From: Cladosporium halotolerans
Lineage: Eukaryota
Length of the DNA: 60,515 nucleotides
Direction of reading: 5' to 3'
Assembly (NCBI RefSeq): GCF_011745625.1
Contig: NW_027191473.1
Span: forward strand, 372,001-432,515
This document shows positions 34,470-46,377 of this stretch, in pieces; within the stretch, counting starts at the first letter, position 1; each line of letters begins with the position of its first letter. The position numbers and the translations under genes are program-made. The notes under the pieces are model-generated. The model worked only from the letters and a program-made list of their open reading frames with translations. It did not search any database and was not told the DNA's origin.

Positions 34470-37355
34470 CTATGCATCTCTAAACGCATTCTGCTGCGCG
34501 AAGGCAGCAAAATCCATCTTCCCTCCCGCAGCCCTCTGCTGCTGCTGTCTTGCTTGAGGCTCGTCTGTAGAAAGACCCAGCGGATCGCCGCTCGTCGCCT
34601 GTTCACTTCCCTGCGCCTGCATTTGAACCTGCTCCGCCGAACTCGTCCCACCACCCGCATACCGCGCCAAAACATCCACGTCCGTTTCCTGCGACGCCAT
34701 CGCCGGTCGCTTCAGAACATCCCCTTCGCCGCTCGACCTGACCGCAGGCGGCGCAGGCGCCGCGGACTCCTCTTCAATCATCCCCCCAACCTCAGGCACA
34801 CTACTCACCGGCGCCGCCGCTCCCACACTCGCAGCCAACACCTCCGCCGCCCCCACGCTCGCAGACCGCGCCTCCGGCCCCGCCTGCGCCGGCGCCTGCT
34901 CCAGCGCCCGCGGCACATTCATCTCCTCGTCCTTCCGCCCAAACAGCATGCTCCACCACCTCACCTCAACCTCCCTCTCGACGCCTCGCCTCCGCGGGAA
35001 AAGCAACGGGTCGTCCCTCGCCTTGCCCTCCACGAACTCCGCGTTCGTGAACTCCGCCCTGCGCGCGCGGAAGTATCCCCACACGGACGGCAGCTTCTGG
35101 TGCTCGGGCGCGGCGCGCTCGCGCTCGCAGTTGAACAGGAACTCGCCGTACTGGCCCGCGTAGACTTGGTAGTAGAGGCGGCGCAGGAAGCGCTCGTTGA
35201 ACTCGAAGGCCGCGGGGTGCTGGTGCTGCAGCTGGAAGACGGCGTCGAGGAGCTGGTGGAAGATGGGGGAGACTTCGCGCGGGTCCATTGTTTTCTTTTC
35301 GTCGGCGGCGGCGGGGGCGGGTTTGGGGGTGGAGTTGGGCGTGCTGTGCAGGAGCGGGTTGGGAGGGAGTGGGGGAGGGGAGGTCGGGCGGGAGTCGGGC
35401 AGGCTGTCGCGGCTCGCGTTCGGCTGCTTGAACAGGCTGCCCTTGTTCTTCTCGAACCAGCTCTTCGCGCCCGAGAGGGCTTTCGTGCTCAGCGCTTGGA
35501 GGTTGTTGGGCTCCGAGCCGCGGTCCTCGCGGCTCCGAGCCGGCGCGATGCGCTCGTTCTCGATCTCGAACCACTTCTCGCTGCCCTCGATGCCGTCGCG
35601 GTCGCGGAACTTGTGCCCGAACGACAGGAAGTCCTTCTGCACGAGCGTGATGAAGCCGTCCAGCGTGCGGTAGTGCGGGTCCAGCATGATCTGCGCCAGG
35701 GCTGAGATCTGCGACGTGCGGTCCCAGCCGTCCGAGCAGTGGACCAGGACGTGGCTACCGCCCAGGCCGACCACGCGCGCGACCATCTCGGCGCCGTCCA
35801 GCAGGCCGCCGATGTGCGTCAGCCAGGCGGACTTGCGCAGCAGTTCTTGGTTGGGGGGTAGGTCGAGGTAGTCGCTGTTGCCGAGCGACTCGATCACTTT
35901 GTCCAGCGAGGAGCGCATCACGTGGATGTTGGCGATGTTCAGGAAGGAGACTTCGATCGGCATGTCGTTGTGGCCCGCGTAGTAGGCTGGGTTCTCGATG
36001 CCGCCGCCTGTGGCTCGGTTCGCGAGCATGTTTAGTTTGGGCCGCGCGTCTGCGATTACGTTTTGGCGTGTGCTGCCGTAGATTCTCTTGCGGGGGGTGA
36101 CGACTTGGTCTTCGAAGCTTTCGTCGAGGGCGGATTCGCTTTTGCTGAGGTGGAGTTTGGAGACGTCGGAGTCGAGCGCGTCTGCTGCCCCGTGGTCTTC
36201 TGTCGGTTGCTGGGACGGCGAGTCTTCTGGTGATGTTAGAGGCGGCGTGTGACTTGAGAAGATGGCAGACACAAGCCGCTCGTCCTGTGGATTGCGTTTC
36301 CCCTGCATGCCGACCATCGGCTGCGAGGAGCGCGTGATGCTGCCGCCGTTTGAGTGCAGATATGCGAGTGCTGGGATTCGGGCTTTCTTGCGGAACGTCC
36401 CGCCGTACTTGAGCATGTTGTCGCTGACTGTACGTGGCACGCAGAGCGTGTTCGGGTAGGTCGAAGAGTAAGAGTAGTCCTGGTTGATGTCGCTGATTCG
36501 CCATGCTGCCCCAGGGCCCTCGGCTGCTTTGGGGCTGATACCCATGCGAGCGAACTCCCGCCGAGCATCGTAGGGTTGCCCGCCGGCGGCTCGCTCTTCG
36601 GGCGGCGGTTTGAAGTGGAAGGCGTAGAGCTCGTTTACCTTGTCTACGCAGCAGCGGCTGCGGAGGCTGAAGAAAGCCTGACGTGCCGCTTCGTCGGCGG
36701 TTTTGTCGGATGTCGTGGGGTTGAAGTGGAATGCTAGGATTTGGAAGTCTTTGCACCGGAGGCGTATGGCGGGTGGTCGGCCGCTGCCGCCTACTGTTGA
36801 GAAGTCGACCCCTGAAGGAACAGGAGAAGCAGGTCTTCGTGGCGACGCGTAGGCGGAAAGGTTAGCGGAGTCGGTGGATGGCCTTGCAGAGTAGCTGGTG
36901 CCGTATGTTGGCGGAAACATCTCATCGTCATCGTCGGTCGAGTCGAAGCTGTTGTCTATTCCCGGAGGCCGTAGAGCTGCATTTTGCGCATGGCTTGGTC
37001 GCAGGGTGCAATGGCTGACTAGGGGATAAGGAATATAGACTTCTTTGGAACGGGGCTTTGGTGTCTTTGATTTGCTCGAGCCCTCTGTTCTGACGGCGGT
37101 GGGCTGAGATCCGGCATCGCCAGCGTTGGTATTCGAGGCAGGTTTAGCACTCTGTACGTCTGCCGTGGAAGAGCCTCTGCTATGGCCTTGCGCGGTTTGT
37201 GCTGACCCGTTGCCATTAGGTGGGCTACCGGGATAGTAACTGAAGATGAGGTGATGGCGCGTGAAGTATAGAGTGCCATTCTCGGGCTTGCCGCGTCGAT
37301 GCAAGCTGACATTCTTGAAACGCAAATCTTGCGAATCGCCGGACCCTCCCGCCAT
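34470..37355 (-). CDS. YMR1: Myotubularin-family phosphoinositide 3-phosphatase (Ymr1-like)
   Basis: WRISDINQDY...TYP, RIPALAY, RSSQP, DARP, NIANIHVMRSSL, VLVHCSDGWDRT (CX5R), FGHKFRDR, SPIFHQ, FEFNERFL. Confidence 0.93.
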   Translation of the reverse strand: MAGGSGDSQDLRFKNVSLHRRGKPENGTLYFTRHHLIFSYYPGSPPNGNGSAQTAQGHSRGSSTADVQSAKPASNTNAGDAGSQPTAVRTEGSSKSKTPKPRSKEVYIPYPLVSHCTLRPSHAQNAALRPPGIDNSFDSTDDDDEMFPPTYGTSYSARPSTDSANLSAYASPRRPASPVPSGVDFSTVGGSGRPPAIRLRCKDFQILAFHFNPTTSDKTADEAARQAFFSLRSRCCVDKVNELYAFHFKPPPEERAAGGQPYDARREFARMGISPKAAEGPGAAWRISDINQDYSYSSTYPNTLCVPRTVSDNMLKYGGTFRKKARIPALAYLHSNGGSITRSSQPMVGMQGKRNPQDERLVSAIFSSHTPPLTSPEDSPSQQPTEDHGAADALDSDVSKLHLSKSESALDESFEDQVVTPRKRIYGSTRQNVIADARPKLNMLANRATGGGIENPAYYAGHNDMPIEVSFLNIANIHVMRSSLDKVIESLGNSDYLDLPPNQELLRKSAWLTHIGGLLDGAEMVARVVGLGGSHVLVHCSDGWDRTSQISALAQIMLDPHYRTLDGFITLVQKDFLSFGHKFRDRDGIEGSEKWFEIENERIAPARSREDRGSEPNNLQALSTKALSGAKSWFEKNKGSLFKQPNASRDSLPDSRPTSPPPLPPNPLLHSTPNSTPKPAPAAADEKKTMDPREVSPIFHQLLDAVFQLQHQHPAAFEFNERFLRRLYYQVYAGQYGEFLFNCERERAAPEHQKLPSVWGYFRARRAEFTNAEFVEGKARDDPLLFPRRRGVEREVEVRWWSMLFGRKDEEMNVPRALEQAPAQAGPEARSASVGAAEVLAASVGAAAPVSSVPEVGGMIEEESAAPAPPAVRSSGEGDVLKRPAMASQETDVDVLARYAGGGTSSAEQVQMQAQGSEQATSGDPLGLSTDEPQARQQQQRAAGGKMDFAAFAQQNAFRDA

Positions 37356-38176
37356 GTTTGCGGTGTATTTCTTCAGGCTCTCTCGTATATCGAGTCTACT
37401 TTAGCTGCTGGTCTGTCGCCGAGCTCCGGTTGTGTCCAGCGTGGCAAGCCGGGTATCCTCGGCGAGATTATCGGTAGTGTCCCCCTCAGATGCGCATGTT
37501 TGCTGGATCATCCAAATATGCAAGACCGTATTGAATTTCAGGCCGCAGTCAATCGTGTGCTTTCTGTTTGCTTTCTACTCGACCTTTTGGTTCGAGGTTA
37601 TTTGCTGTGGTGGTGATCAGCTGCAGTGACGAGCCAAAAGTGGGGCGGTCTGCAACGGGAAAGATGGCCGAGCTCACTGAACTTCGATGTGTTGCGACGA
37701 TTCCGTACTTCACTTCACAAAAAATCTCGTTTCAAACACACGTGAATCGTTTTTGGTTCGTCGGCACTCTTGCGACTGGTCTCAGATTGCAACATGATGT
37801 CACGCTCTTCCATGAACATCCCCTTGGCGAATCAGGACATGCCGGCCGATACTGTTACACGCCTGAGCTCCCACAGCAGTGGCAAGGCGCGAAAGGAAGA
37901 ATGATTCTGGAAGTGATAGCAAACTCGGTTTAGTAATCGGTAGATTGAAGTTGGATGTTCACCGGTAAGAGCTTGTTGTGAAGTTTTCTTAGGTCTCGCA
38001 GATTAGATGATGTTGGGTTAAGCTTAAGTCGCACCTTCCTCCTCCCCCTTGTCCACCTTTCGTTTTGCTTTTCGCATCTATGTCCGCATTATGTCTCCAA
38101 GGAAGGCCATCCATTGATTGGCACCTGTGCAACCTTGACTACCTCATCTAGCCGAGCATCTCGATCTTACGTCACA

Positions 38177-41156
38177 ATGGCACCTTTGAAGGCTGTCAAG
38201 AAAGACCATGCCGACAAGCGCGTGCAGCTCATTCTGGGTTCGTCTCCAGCTTGGTATTGTACACGTAGTATGTACTGATTGGCATCGAGAATTCGCTACG
38301 GCGACAGCGCAAACACTCCAGGACAGGAGAACGATTCCAACAAATACTGTCGCCGAACTAGAACGATTCGTCAAGCAGCCTTTTCCGTCATCCACCGCCG
38401 TGGCTCTCGCTCGCAAATCGTCAGATTTCGATGTACAAGGTAGTGCTTTGTGGAATGCTGCCACCAAGCTTCTTCGCGACATTGTTCAAGACGAGGAGCC
38501 GACAACGAAAGTTGATCTCGCTCGACTGGGTGCGCTATTGAGAGCATTCGCTTTCTTCATGCTAGATGCCGCGCACAATACTTCGTCGCGCCGGATCAAT
38601 GACTACGATCAAAGGATACGGATCTTCAAGGTCGCAATCAAGGCGTCGCGCTGCTGCTTGGAAAACGACGACTCGGACACAGCATTCAAGATACTTGAGG
38701 TGTGCTCTATATATCTTTCCTCGTGGGAAGATGCAACTCTGGTCATACGCATGACGGGAGACCGGTCGAATGACGAATCTTCTACAATGCAGCGGCTTGA
38801 GTCGGAATACTACCTTGTCCGGACGGTCCATGCCTCAAAATCTGGACGCCTTGACTTGGCAGATCATTTCTTCGCAAAAGTGAATGTCGAACTAGGGGAA
38901 GCGCAGCATGATCTAAGCGAGAAAATAGCGGAGACGTGCTACGAGATTGGTAGCTCACTTCGACGACAGAAAGACGAAACCAAGGCTCTGCCGTGGCTCG
39001 ATCGAGCGTACCAATTGCTGGGTTCGAGAAATATCGAAAGCCACCCGTTGGACAATGAAGATTTGCTTATGGCCGTTGCTGCATCTTACGTCGAATCGCT
39101 GATGACCACGTCGTGCAAAGAAGATGTTCAACGCGCATGGGAAATTCTAGAAACACTTTCGAATGGACACGGTCTCGGCGACCGAACCGCAGTGCTGGGC
39201 ATGCGACTGAAGGTTGCAATGAGGGCTGACCCTGTCGATCACGATGCGATCAATGCTGTAATTGTTCGCACCATTCGATGTACGGTCCTCACACCCGAAA
39301 CCTTTCGAATGTAAGTTATACTTCATCAAGGCCATCCCAGCTCAGCTGTAAGTCACTAACATCTTCACAGACTCATGCAAATGGTCCATAAAGTGAGAAA
39401 GATCAGCTCACACTCCGCCTTGGATGCTATGGAGCTGCTCATAAACTCTCGACTTCTGCCAGACCTGGATGTTGTCATGGATGGTGACCAACTCAAAGAC
39501 TGGCTTGAGCGAGCCATTGTCACGCACACGGATGTGTGCCTCAGCGCTATCAACGACGAGAAGTACAGCGCACTCGAAAAGATGGCTCGCCAGTATGACC
39601 GCATTGTGTATCACACTAGCGAGCTTTTGTCCCCAAGAGCGACCCATGCGACGCAAGCGCTGATGTGGCGGACCTTAAAGAGCGCACATGGACAGACAGC
39701 TGAATATCTACTCACTGTGCTGCAGCATCAGCTATTTGCCAACGCCGGAGCCATCAACAAAGCTCGAATAGCTAGGAAAGTGATGCTGGTGGCCCTAGAG
39801 CGCGGGAAAGTCGACAAAGCACGGGCGATCTTCTACCAGCTCGAAGTTTCTTCTCAGAATGAAGGCTCAACGAGATACATCGGCTACAAGCTGGCCCTGA
39901 GGTCAAATGATGTGCGTCTGGCAAGCGAGTGTCTGAGTGCTCTTGTAAAGCATGACGAGAAGGACCGAAGATATCTGTATGCTTGTGTACTGGAAGCACA
40001 GCAGTCTGGCAACCGTGCGATGGCAATTGCGGCTTTCCACGCTCTCCTTGAGCAGCCTTCGACCAACGTCCAACTCCCCGCCCTGTTACGTTGTACGGCG
40101 CGGCTGCTGATGGAAGAGCTTGAAAGCTCCGCTGAACATCTCAGCGAAGCCGCGCACGAGCTGGTGCGTGTGTTCGAGACTGCCGCCGAGAATTCCAAGA
40201 CTTTCAGGCGTGGTCCAGAAAGCCAGTGGCTCGCGGAGATCCAATGGTGGAGTAAGAATGCATTCAACATTGCTTTGCGGCTATGCGCAGAAGTTGATCC
40301 AGAACACCTTGCTCGATTACTCAAGGCTTGTCGAAAGCTTCTGGACTTGTATCCCGAGGGCAAGGATCCAGTACGCCGCCAGGATCTGGTCAACCGCAAG
40401 CAAATTTGCCATTTCCTGGCCGCCAGCGCATTGATTGTGCTAGGACGATCCACAGCCGACAGGCAATCGCAGCTGCAGTACTACCTCGACGTTCAGCGCG
40501 AAGTCAAAGCTTTCCAAAACATATGGGAACCAATTCAAGTCCAGGCAGATGGTGGTCAGACAAGCCATGCGAGGGCACTGGAAATGCTCAAATTCAACGT
40601 CGAAAGCGTTTTCAGACTCGAGCAGTGGGGTAATCTCGACGAGACTCTCACTGCATGTCTCGACTTCCAGGGTACTGCTCGATGGGACGCATTGGCGGAT
40701 CTGGTCATCGTCATTCACAACGAGACAAGGAATCTCTCAATCGATTCCTCGGCTACAGCTAAGATCCCTGCAATCCTCCAGAAAATCATCAACGAGACCT
40801 GGCAGAAAGACAAGGATATTATAAAGCTCGCACGCTGGTTAAGATTCACGTTCTCCATCGAAATGGACGACAATGACGGCGACGAGAGTATCAAGCTGGT
40901 CGAACAAGCCGCCAACTTGGCAAAGCGCGGCGCTGAAATGCGAAACGACCCATATCCAGAGGATGAGCTGCAGTGGCTGGCTACCACCGCCTTCAACAAG
41001 GCGGTTGATTTGCTGGTATCGGAGAATCGTGCGGCGGCTGAGCGGTGGATCGAAGCGGCACTGGAGTTGGCCAGGTATGCCGTGGATAACGGCACGTTGC
41101 ATGCGCACTTGACGAGGAATCGAGAGGAGGCGGAACGGAGGATGAGGCGGAGGTGA
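38177..41156 (+). CDS. SPO22: Meiosis protein Spo22/Zip4 (TEX11-like TPR protein); introns 38238-38289 (tentative) and 39311-39370
   Basis: GSALWNAAT...LRAFAFFMLD, GRLDLADHFFAK, CYEIG...WLDRAY, LYACVLEAQQ, WWSKNAFNIAL, YPEDELQWLATTAFNKAVD. This helical-repeat pattern of fungal SPO22 proteins was recognised by eye. Confidence 0.78.
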
Positions 41157-41542
41157 TGTAGCTGAATTCTGCTCGTCGTTACGTACGGGTGCCTCTCACC
41201 TCTTGAGTCTTAGCGGCATGTTTGGTTGTTGTGAGGTCTGTAGCAGCGTAGCTTATGGCTCCGAGTAGATCGGTGAGCATCGGTGTCTGCGTCTATGACC
41301 TCTCTGTAGTACAGAACCATTCAGATGACGACAGTGGAAGAATGGAAGACTCAGTGGATGACAATCTTCGAAAAAGCATGGAACGATCACAAAATCTATA
41401 GCACATACGTGAGGTCTTGCTACCAGCCCTCATCCGAATCCCCACCGAACTCCATTTGCGCCATCGCTTCCCAGCCTAGTTGCCCACCTAAGCCGCGTAC
41501 GAACTTTTCTTACATTTCCCGCCCCTTCGACGCTGGGTATAT

Positions 41543-43146
<1,604 letters not shown>

Positions 43147-43356
43147 TCAAGAGGCTCGTAGCCTTGCTTGTCAACACAATGGAATTGCGCAGTTGATTGA
43201 GGGTGATCTGGAGGACGGTAATGCAAGTATTGTTGGGAGCGGAGGTTTCTCGAGGAATGCGATGGTGGAAATGTGGTTTCTCTGTGTAAAGCTCGATGGC
43301 CTTCGCGTTTCCTGCGCGCGCGCGAGCAGAAGGAAGCTCGACGCGAGCTTTCAGTG

Positions 43357-43379
43357 TCACGTGATTGTTAGGGTTAGGG
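43357..43379. promoter_or_regulatory. TCACGTGA (bHLH/Cbf1-type) plus TTAGGGTTAGGG (telo-box/Tbf1-type) in the RVB1/ISA1 bidirectional promoter
   Basis: Exact motifs adjacent within a 430-bp divergent spacer. Confidence 0.4.
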
Positions 43380-43549
43380 TAGTATCGGCGATGGCCTACA
43401 GCCAGTCACGATTCCGCTTATTCAGTTGCGCCGTATGACGGAGCAACGCTGATGAACCCTTCAAGTTCCAGTTCCGCTGCACCGTTCCGACACCACCTTC
43501 ACGCCACATTGCTTTTTACCGCCCCAACTAAATCTGCCAACTTGTCACC

Positions 43550-44387
43550 ATGGCAGCTCTACGAACAAGCGGCCCTGCCGTACAATCTATCTTCCGATTC
43601 GCCGCACAGCCCGCTCAGACACGAAGATGCGCCCAGTGTTTGAAGGCACAAAGATGCCCGTTCTCGTCCTTCCGCCCGCGCCTGCAATCCCACAAACGCC
43701 CTTTGATGACAGACACGGCCTACCGACCACAGACGCTTGACTCAGAAATCCCACCTCCTCCCCGCAACACTGGCGTCCCCGAAACGAGCATTGCTGGGAC
43801 CGAGGCGCAAAAGTGGCCGCCCAGTGCACCTTGGCAGCGACAGCAGGAGAATGGCATGAGCGAGAAAGAGGGCGAGGCACAGAAGAGCAAGCCCACGTCA
43901 TCAAATCTACCTGAAGTGGAATTAGAGAAGCCGAAGCCCACGCCAACAACAACCTCACAGCCCGCCGGCGCGAAGGCGAAGAAGTCAAAGCTCCGGCCGA
44001 GGAAAGCACCCATCAAGATCACACAGACTGCTGTGGAGCATTTGCGCGAACTGTTGGAGCAGCCGGAGTCGAAACTCGTCCGAGTAGGAGTTAAGAACCG
44101 TGGATGCTCTGGTTTGGCTTACCATTTGGAGTACGTGGATAAGCCTGGCGCTTTCGACGAGAGCGTCGAGCAGGACGGGGTCAAGGTCTTGATCGACAGC
44201 AAGGCACTGTTCAGCATCATTGGCAGTGAGATGGATTGGCTGGAGGATAAGTTGAGTGCGAGGTTCATTTTCAAGAACCCCAACATCAGTGAGTATTTCC
44301 TATTCGCCTCTGGCCACCTTTCACATCGTGCTAACATATTTTGCAGCCGAACAATGCGGATGCGGCGAGTCTTTCAGCATTTCTTAA
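43550..44387 (+). CDS. ISA1: Mitochondrial Fe-S cluster assembly protein Isa1 (HesB/IscA family); intron 44289-44346
   Basis: Arg/Ser-rich presequence, RVGVKNRGCSGLAYHLEY, IDSKALFSIIGSEMDW, NPNI|TEQCGCGESF. Confidence 0.94.
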
Positions 44388-44512
44388 GCGCTCGTTGAGC
44401 CACGTTTAATACTTTGCCAAGTACTTTAAATAGCGGCATTGCGACATTACGGCATTTACTACATAGAGCCTCCTGAGGCATACCTAGGTATTTCATTGCG
44501 AGGATGGAGGAG

Positions 44513-44571
44513 CAACCCTAGCACATAGAGCCAAATCAGAATACCCCAGGCTCGAAATCAACAACCCTAGC
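44513..44571 (+). promoter_or_regulatory. Two CAACCCTAGC (telo-box/Tbf1-like) motifs immediately upstream of the candidate snoRNA
   Basis: Identical 10-mers at 44513-44522 and 44562-44571. Confidence 0.45.
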
Positions 44572-44572
44572 G

Positions 44573-44915
44573 TTCTGAATGATACCGTCCAAGCTCGCCA
44601 CAAACTCTAGGTGAGCTGGATCCTTTTCCAGATAATATTTTCTGTCTTCAGTGTTTTGAAACTCGCAGATGAAGCCGTGCGAGAATCCGCCCTGCAAATT
44701 GTGTTAGTGATTCATCTGAAGATGTAGCCGGGGACGGGCCAGGGAAGGGTCACTACTACTTGGTGTCCTTCTGGGCTGTTATCGCGGCCGCCTCCGTGCG
44801 ATTTCATGTACGGCTTCTGGCTCGTTGGATGAACGCATTTCTCGGCGAGACCAACCATACGTTTGCAGACCTGTGCTCGAACTGTAGTCAGCTTCTGAAT
44901 TTGTTAATGACAATG
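44573..44915 (+). ncRNA. Candidate box H/ACA snoRNA, snR42-like (guide for the LSU rRNA pseudouridine equivalent to yeast Psi2975); ends approximate
   Basis: 5' hairpin AGCTCGCC/GGTGAGCT, then ANANNA (ATAATA 44632-44637). Second long hairpin has TGAAAC (44657-44662) and ACCTGT (44869-44874) flanking stems GCAGATG/CGTTTGC and GAAGCCGTGC/GTACGGCTTC. ACA at 44910-44912, farther from the pocket than the canonical spacing. Confidence 0.55.
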
Positions 44916-45477
44916 CCACAAATGCGGTTCACGAACGTCTTCCACTTGGGCGTGTGTTGTCGACGGCTTGAACTCGAAGAGGACGATGTGGAGGATCGGC
45001 ATTGTCGCTGTTGGTTGGCGGAGAGCACCTGCGTTGCAATGGACGATTGATTTAGATGAGATTGAGATGCTAGTGTTTTCCACATGTAATGATTTAGAAG
45101 GGCTGATCATGCATTGGCTTCGTGTACATCCGATCATGCCCGCGTGTTTGTAATCGTTCGTCAACCGTCCGGATGACGTTGCTGCAGGCCAGCTGCAGCT
45201 GCAGCTGCGGCCATTCGTTGCCGAGTGCCGACTGCCTTCCTGCGCGTCTGCCTCACGCGCAACGAGAGCTACTATACATTTCTGCATGACAGCAAAAGGA
45301 AATGTCTCCGGTCCCCGTGCTTTAGCTCTCGCGTGTGGCATGAGATGCCATCGCTGCTGACATTACGACTGCTCAAGCCGCATACTCCCGGCTGAGCTCT
45401 AACAAATAGTCCAACTACACTCGCATTCCGGAGCAACCATAAACGCACAACGACAAGGCACCCTGGACACGGCCGAC

Positions 45478-46353
45478 ATGGCGAGCACCACTCCTTCCGC
45501 AGCGCCGCTAGATGTTGTAGTCCGCTTCTCATCATCCGACCCAGACATCACCCTGCATGTGCCGAACCCCGGCTCGACAAGCGCCCTCACGCTCAAACAA
45601 CAGATTCGCAAAGCGCTTCCTGCGCCACAATGCGAGAGCCGGCTAAGGCTCATTCATGCTGGAAAAGTCGTCCCAGACGAAATTGCCCTGTCAAAAGGCC
45701 TACATGCTAGAGTGCCTCCGCCGCCGAGAGCCGGAGAGGATGGGAAGAGCGAGAAAGCAAAGGGCAAGCAACCGCTGAAACATCACGTTGAAGCCTCCCG
45801 GGTCTATGTACACTGTTCTATTGGCGACGTGCTCGTGCCTGCTGAGTTGACTGCTGAAGAAAACGCAGCTAGCGACGCGGACGCTGCATTGGCCTCTGCT
45901 ATACATCCGGATACATCGTCTTCTGCTACAGGACATGCTCCGTCCTCGACGACGACTCCTGCTCCGCGAGGATTTGACCGTCTGCTCACTGCGGGCTTCA
46001 CGGCCGCTGAGGTGGCTACTTTGCGCACGCAGTTCCTCGCCATCCAGGCGCACACTCACACCCCGGACACCATGCCTACTGGCCAAGACTTGCTAGCTTT
46101 GGAGGAACTTTGGCTGGACAACGGCTCCAATACAGCGACTGCTGGAGGCGAAGGGGCTGGCGGTTTTGGTGGAGAAGACTCGCGTGGGCTTGACGATCTG
46201 ATCTGGGGCAATCTGATGGGGTTCTTCTGGCCGGTAGGGGCTATGTTCTGGCTGATGAGGGAGGAGGGCGTGTGGAGCGGGAGGCGGCAAACGGCTGTCT
46301 TGGCTGGATTCGTGATGAATCTAACATTTGGGCTGTTCAGGATGCTGGGTTGA
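45478..46353 (+). CDS. DSC3: DSC E3 ligase complex subunit Dsc3 (DUF2407, ubiquitin-like N-terminus)
   Basis: DVVVRFS...PDITL...RLRLIHAGK UBL, YVHCSIGD, PRGFDRLLTAGF...LRTQF, LEELWLD, C-terminal TM segments GFFWP...WSGRRQ. Confidence 0.85.
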   Translation: MASTTPSAAPLDVVVRFSSSDPDITLHVPNPGSTSALTLKQQIRKALPAPQCESRLRLIHAGKVVPDEIALSKGLHARVPPPPRAGEDGKSEKAKGKQPLKHHVEASRVYVHCSIGDVLVPAELTAEENAASDADAALASAIHPDTSSSATGHAPSSTTTPAPRGFDRLLTAGFTAAEVATLRTQFLAIQAHTHTPDTMPTGQDLLALEELWLDNGSNTATAGGEGAGGFGGEDSRGLDDLIWGNLMGFFWPVGAMFWLMREEGVWSGRRQTAVLAGFVMNLTFGLFRMLG

Positions 46354-46377
46354 AGGACTGCGGTTTGGCGCTCGGGT

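Noticed and set aside
43368..43379. TTAGGGTTAGGG as an interstitial telomere or telomerase RNA template
   Set aside because: Only two units, in a 430-bp bidirectional promoter that is too short for a fungal telomerase RNA.
44526..44629. TAGAGCCAA and ATCCTTTTCC complementary to adjacent LSU rRNA segments (GGAAAAGGAU-UGGCUCUA)
   Set aside because: The first half lies upstream of the second telo-box and so probably outside the RNA. Spacing to an H box does not fit, and the rRNA allele is recalled rather than verified.
44852..44870. AACCATAC...GCAGAC resembling the snR30/U17 m2 element
   Set aside because: No m1 element (AUAUUCCUA) and no adjacent ACA box; the snR42-type pocket explains the region better.
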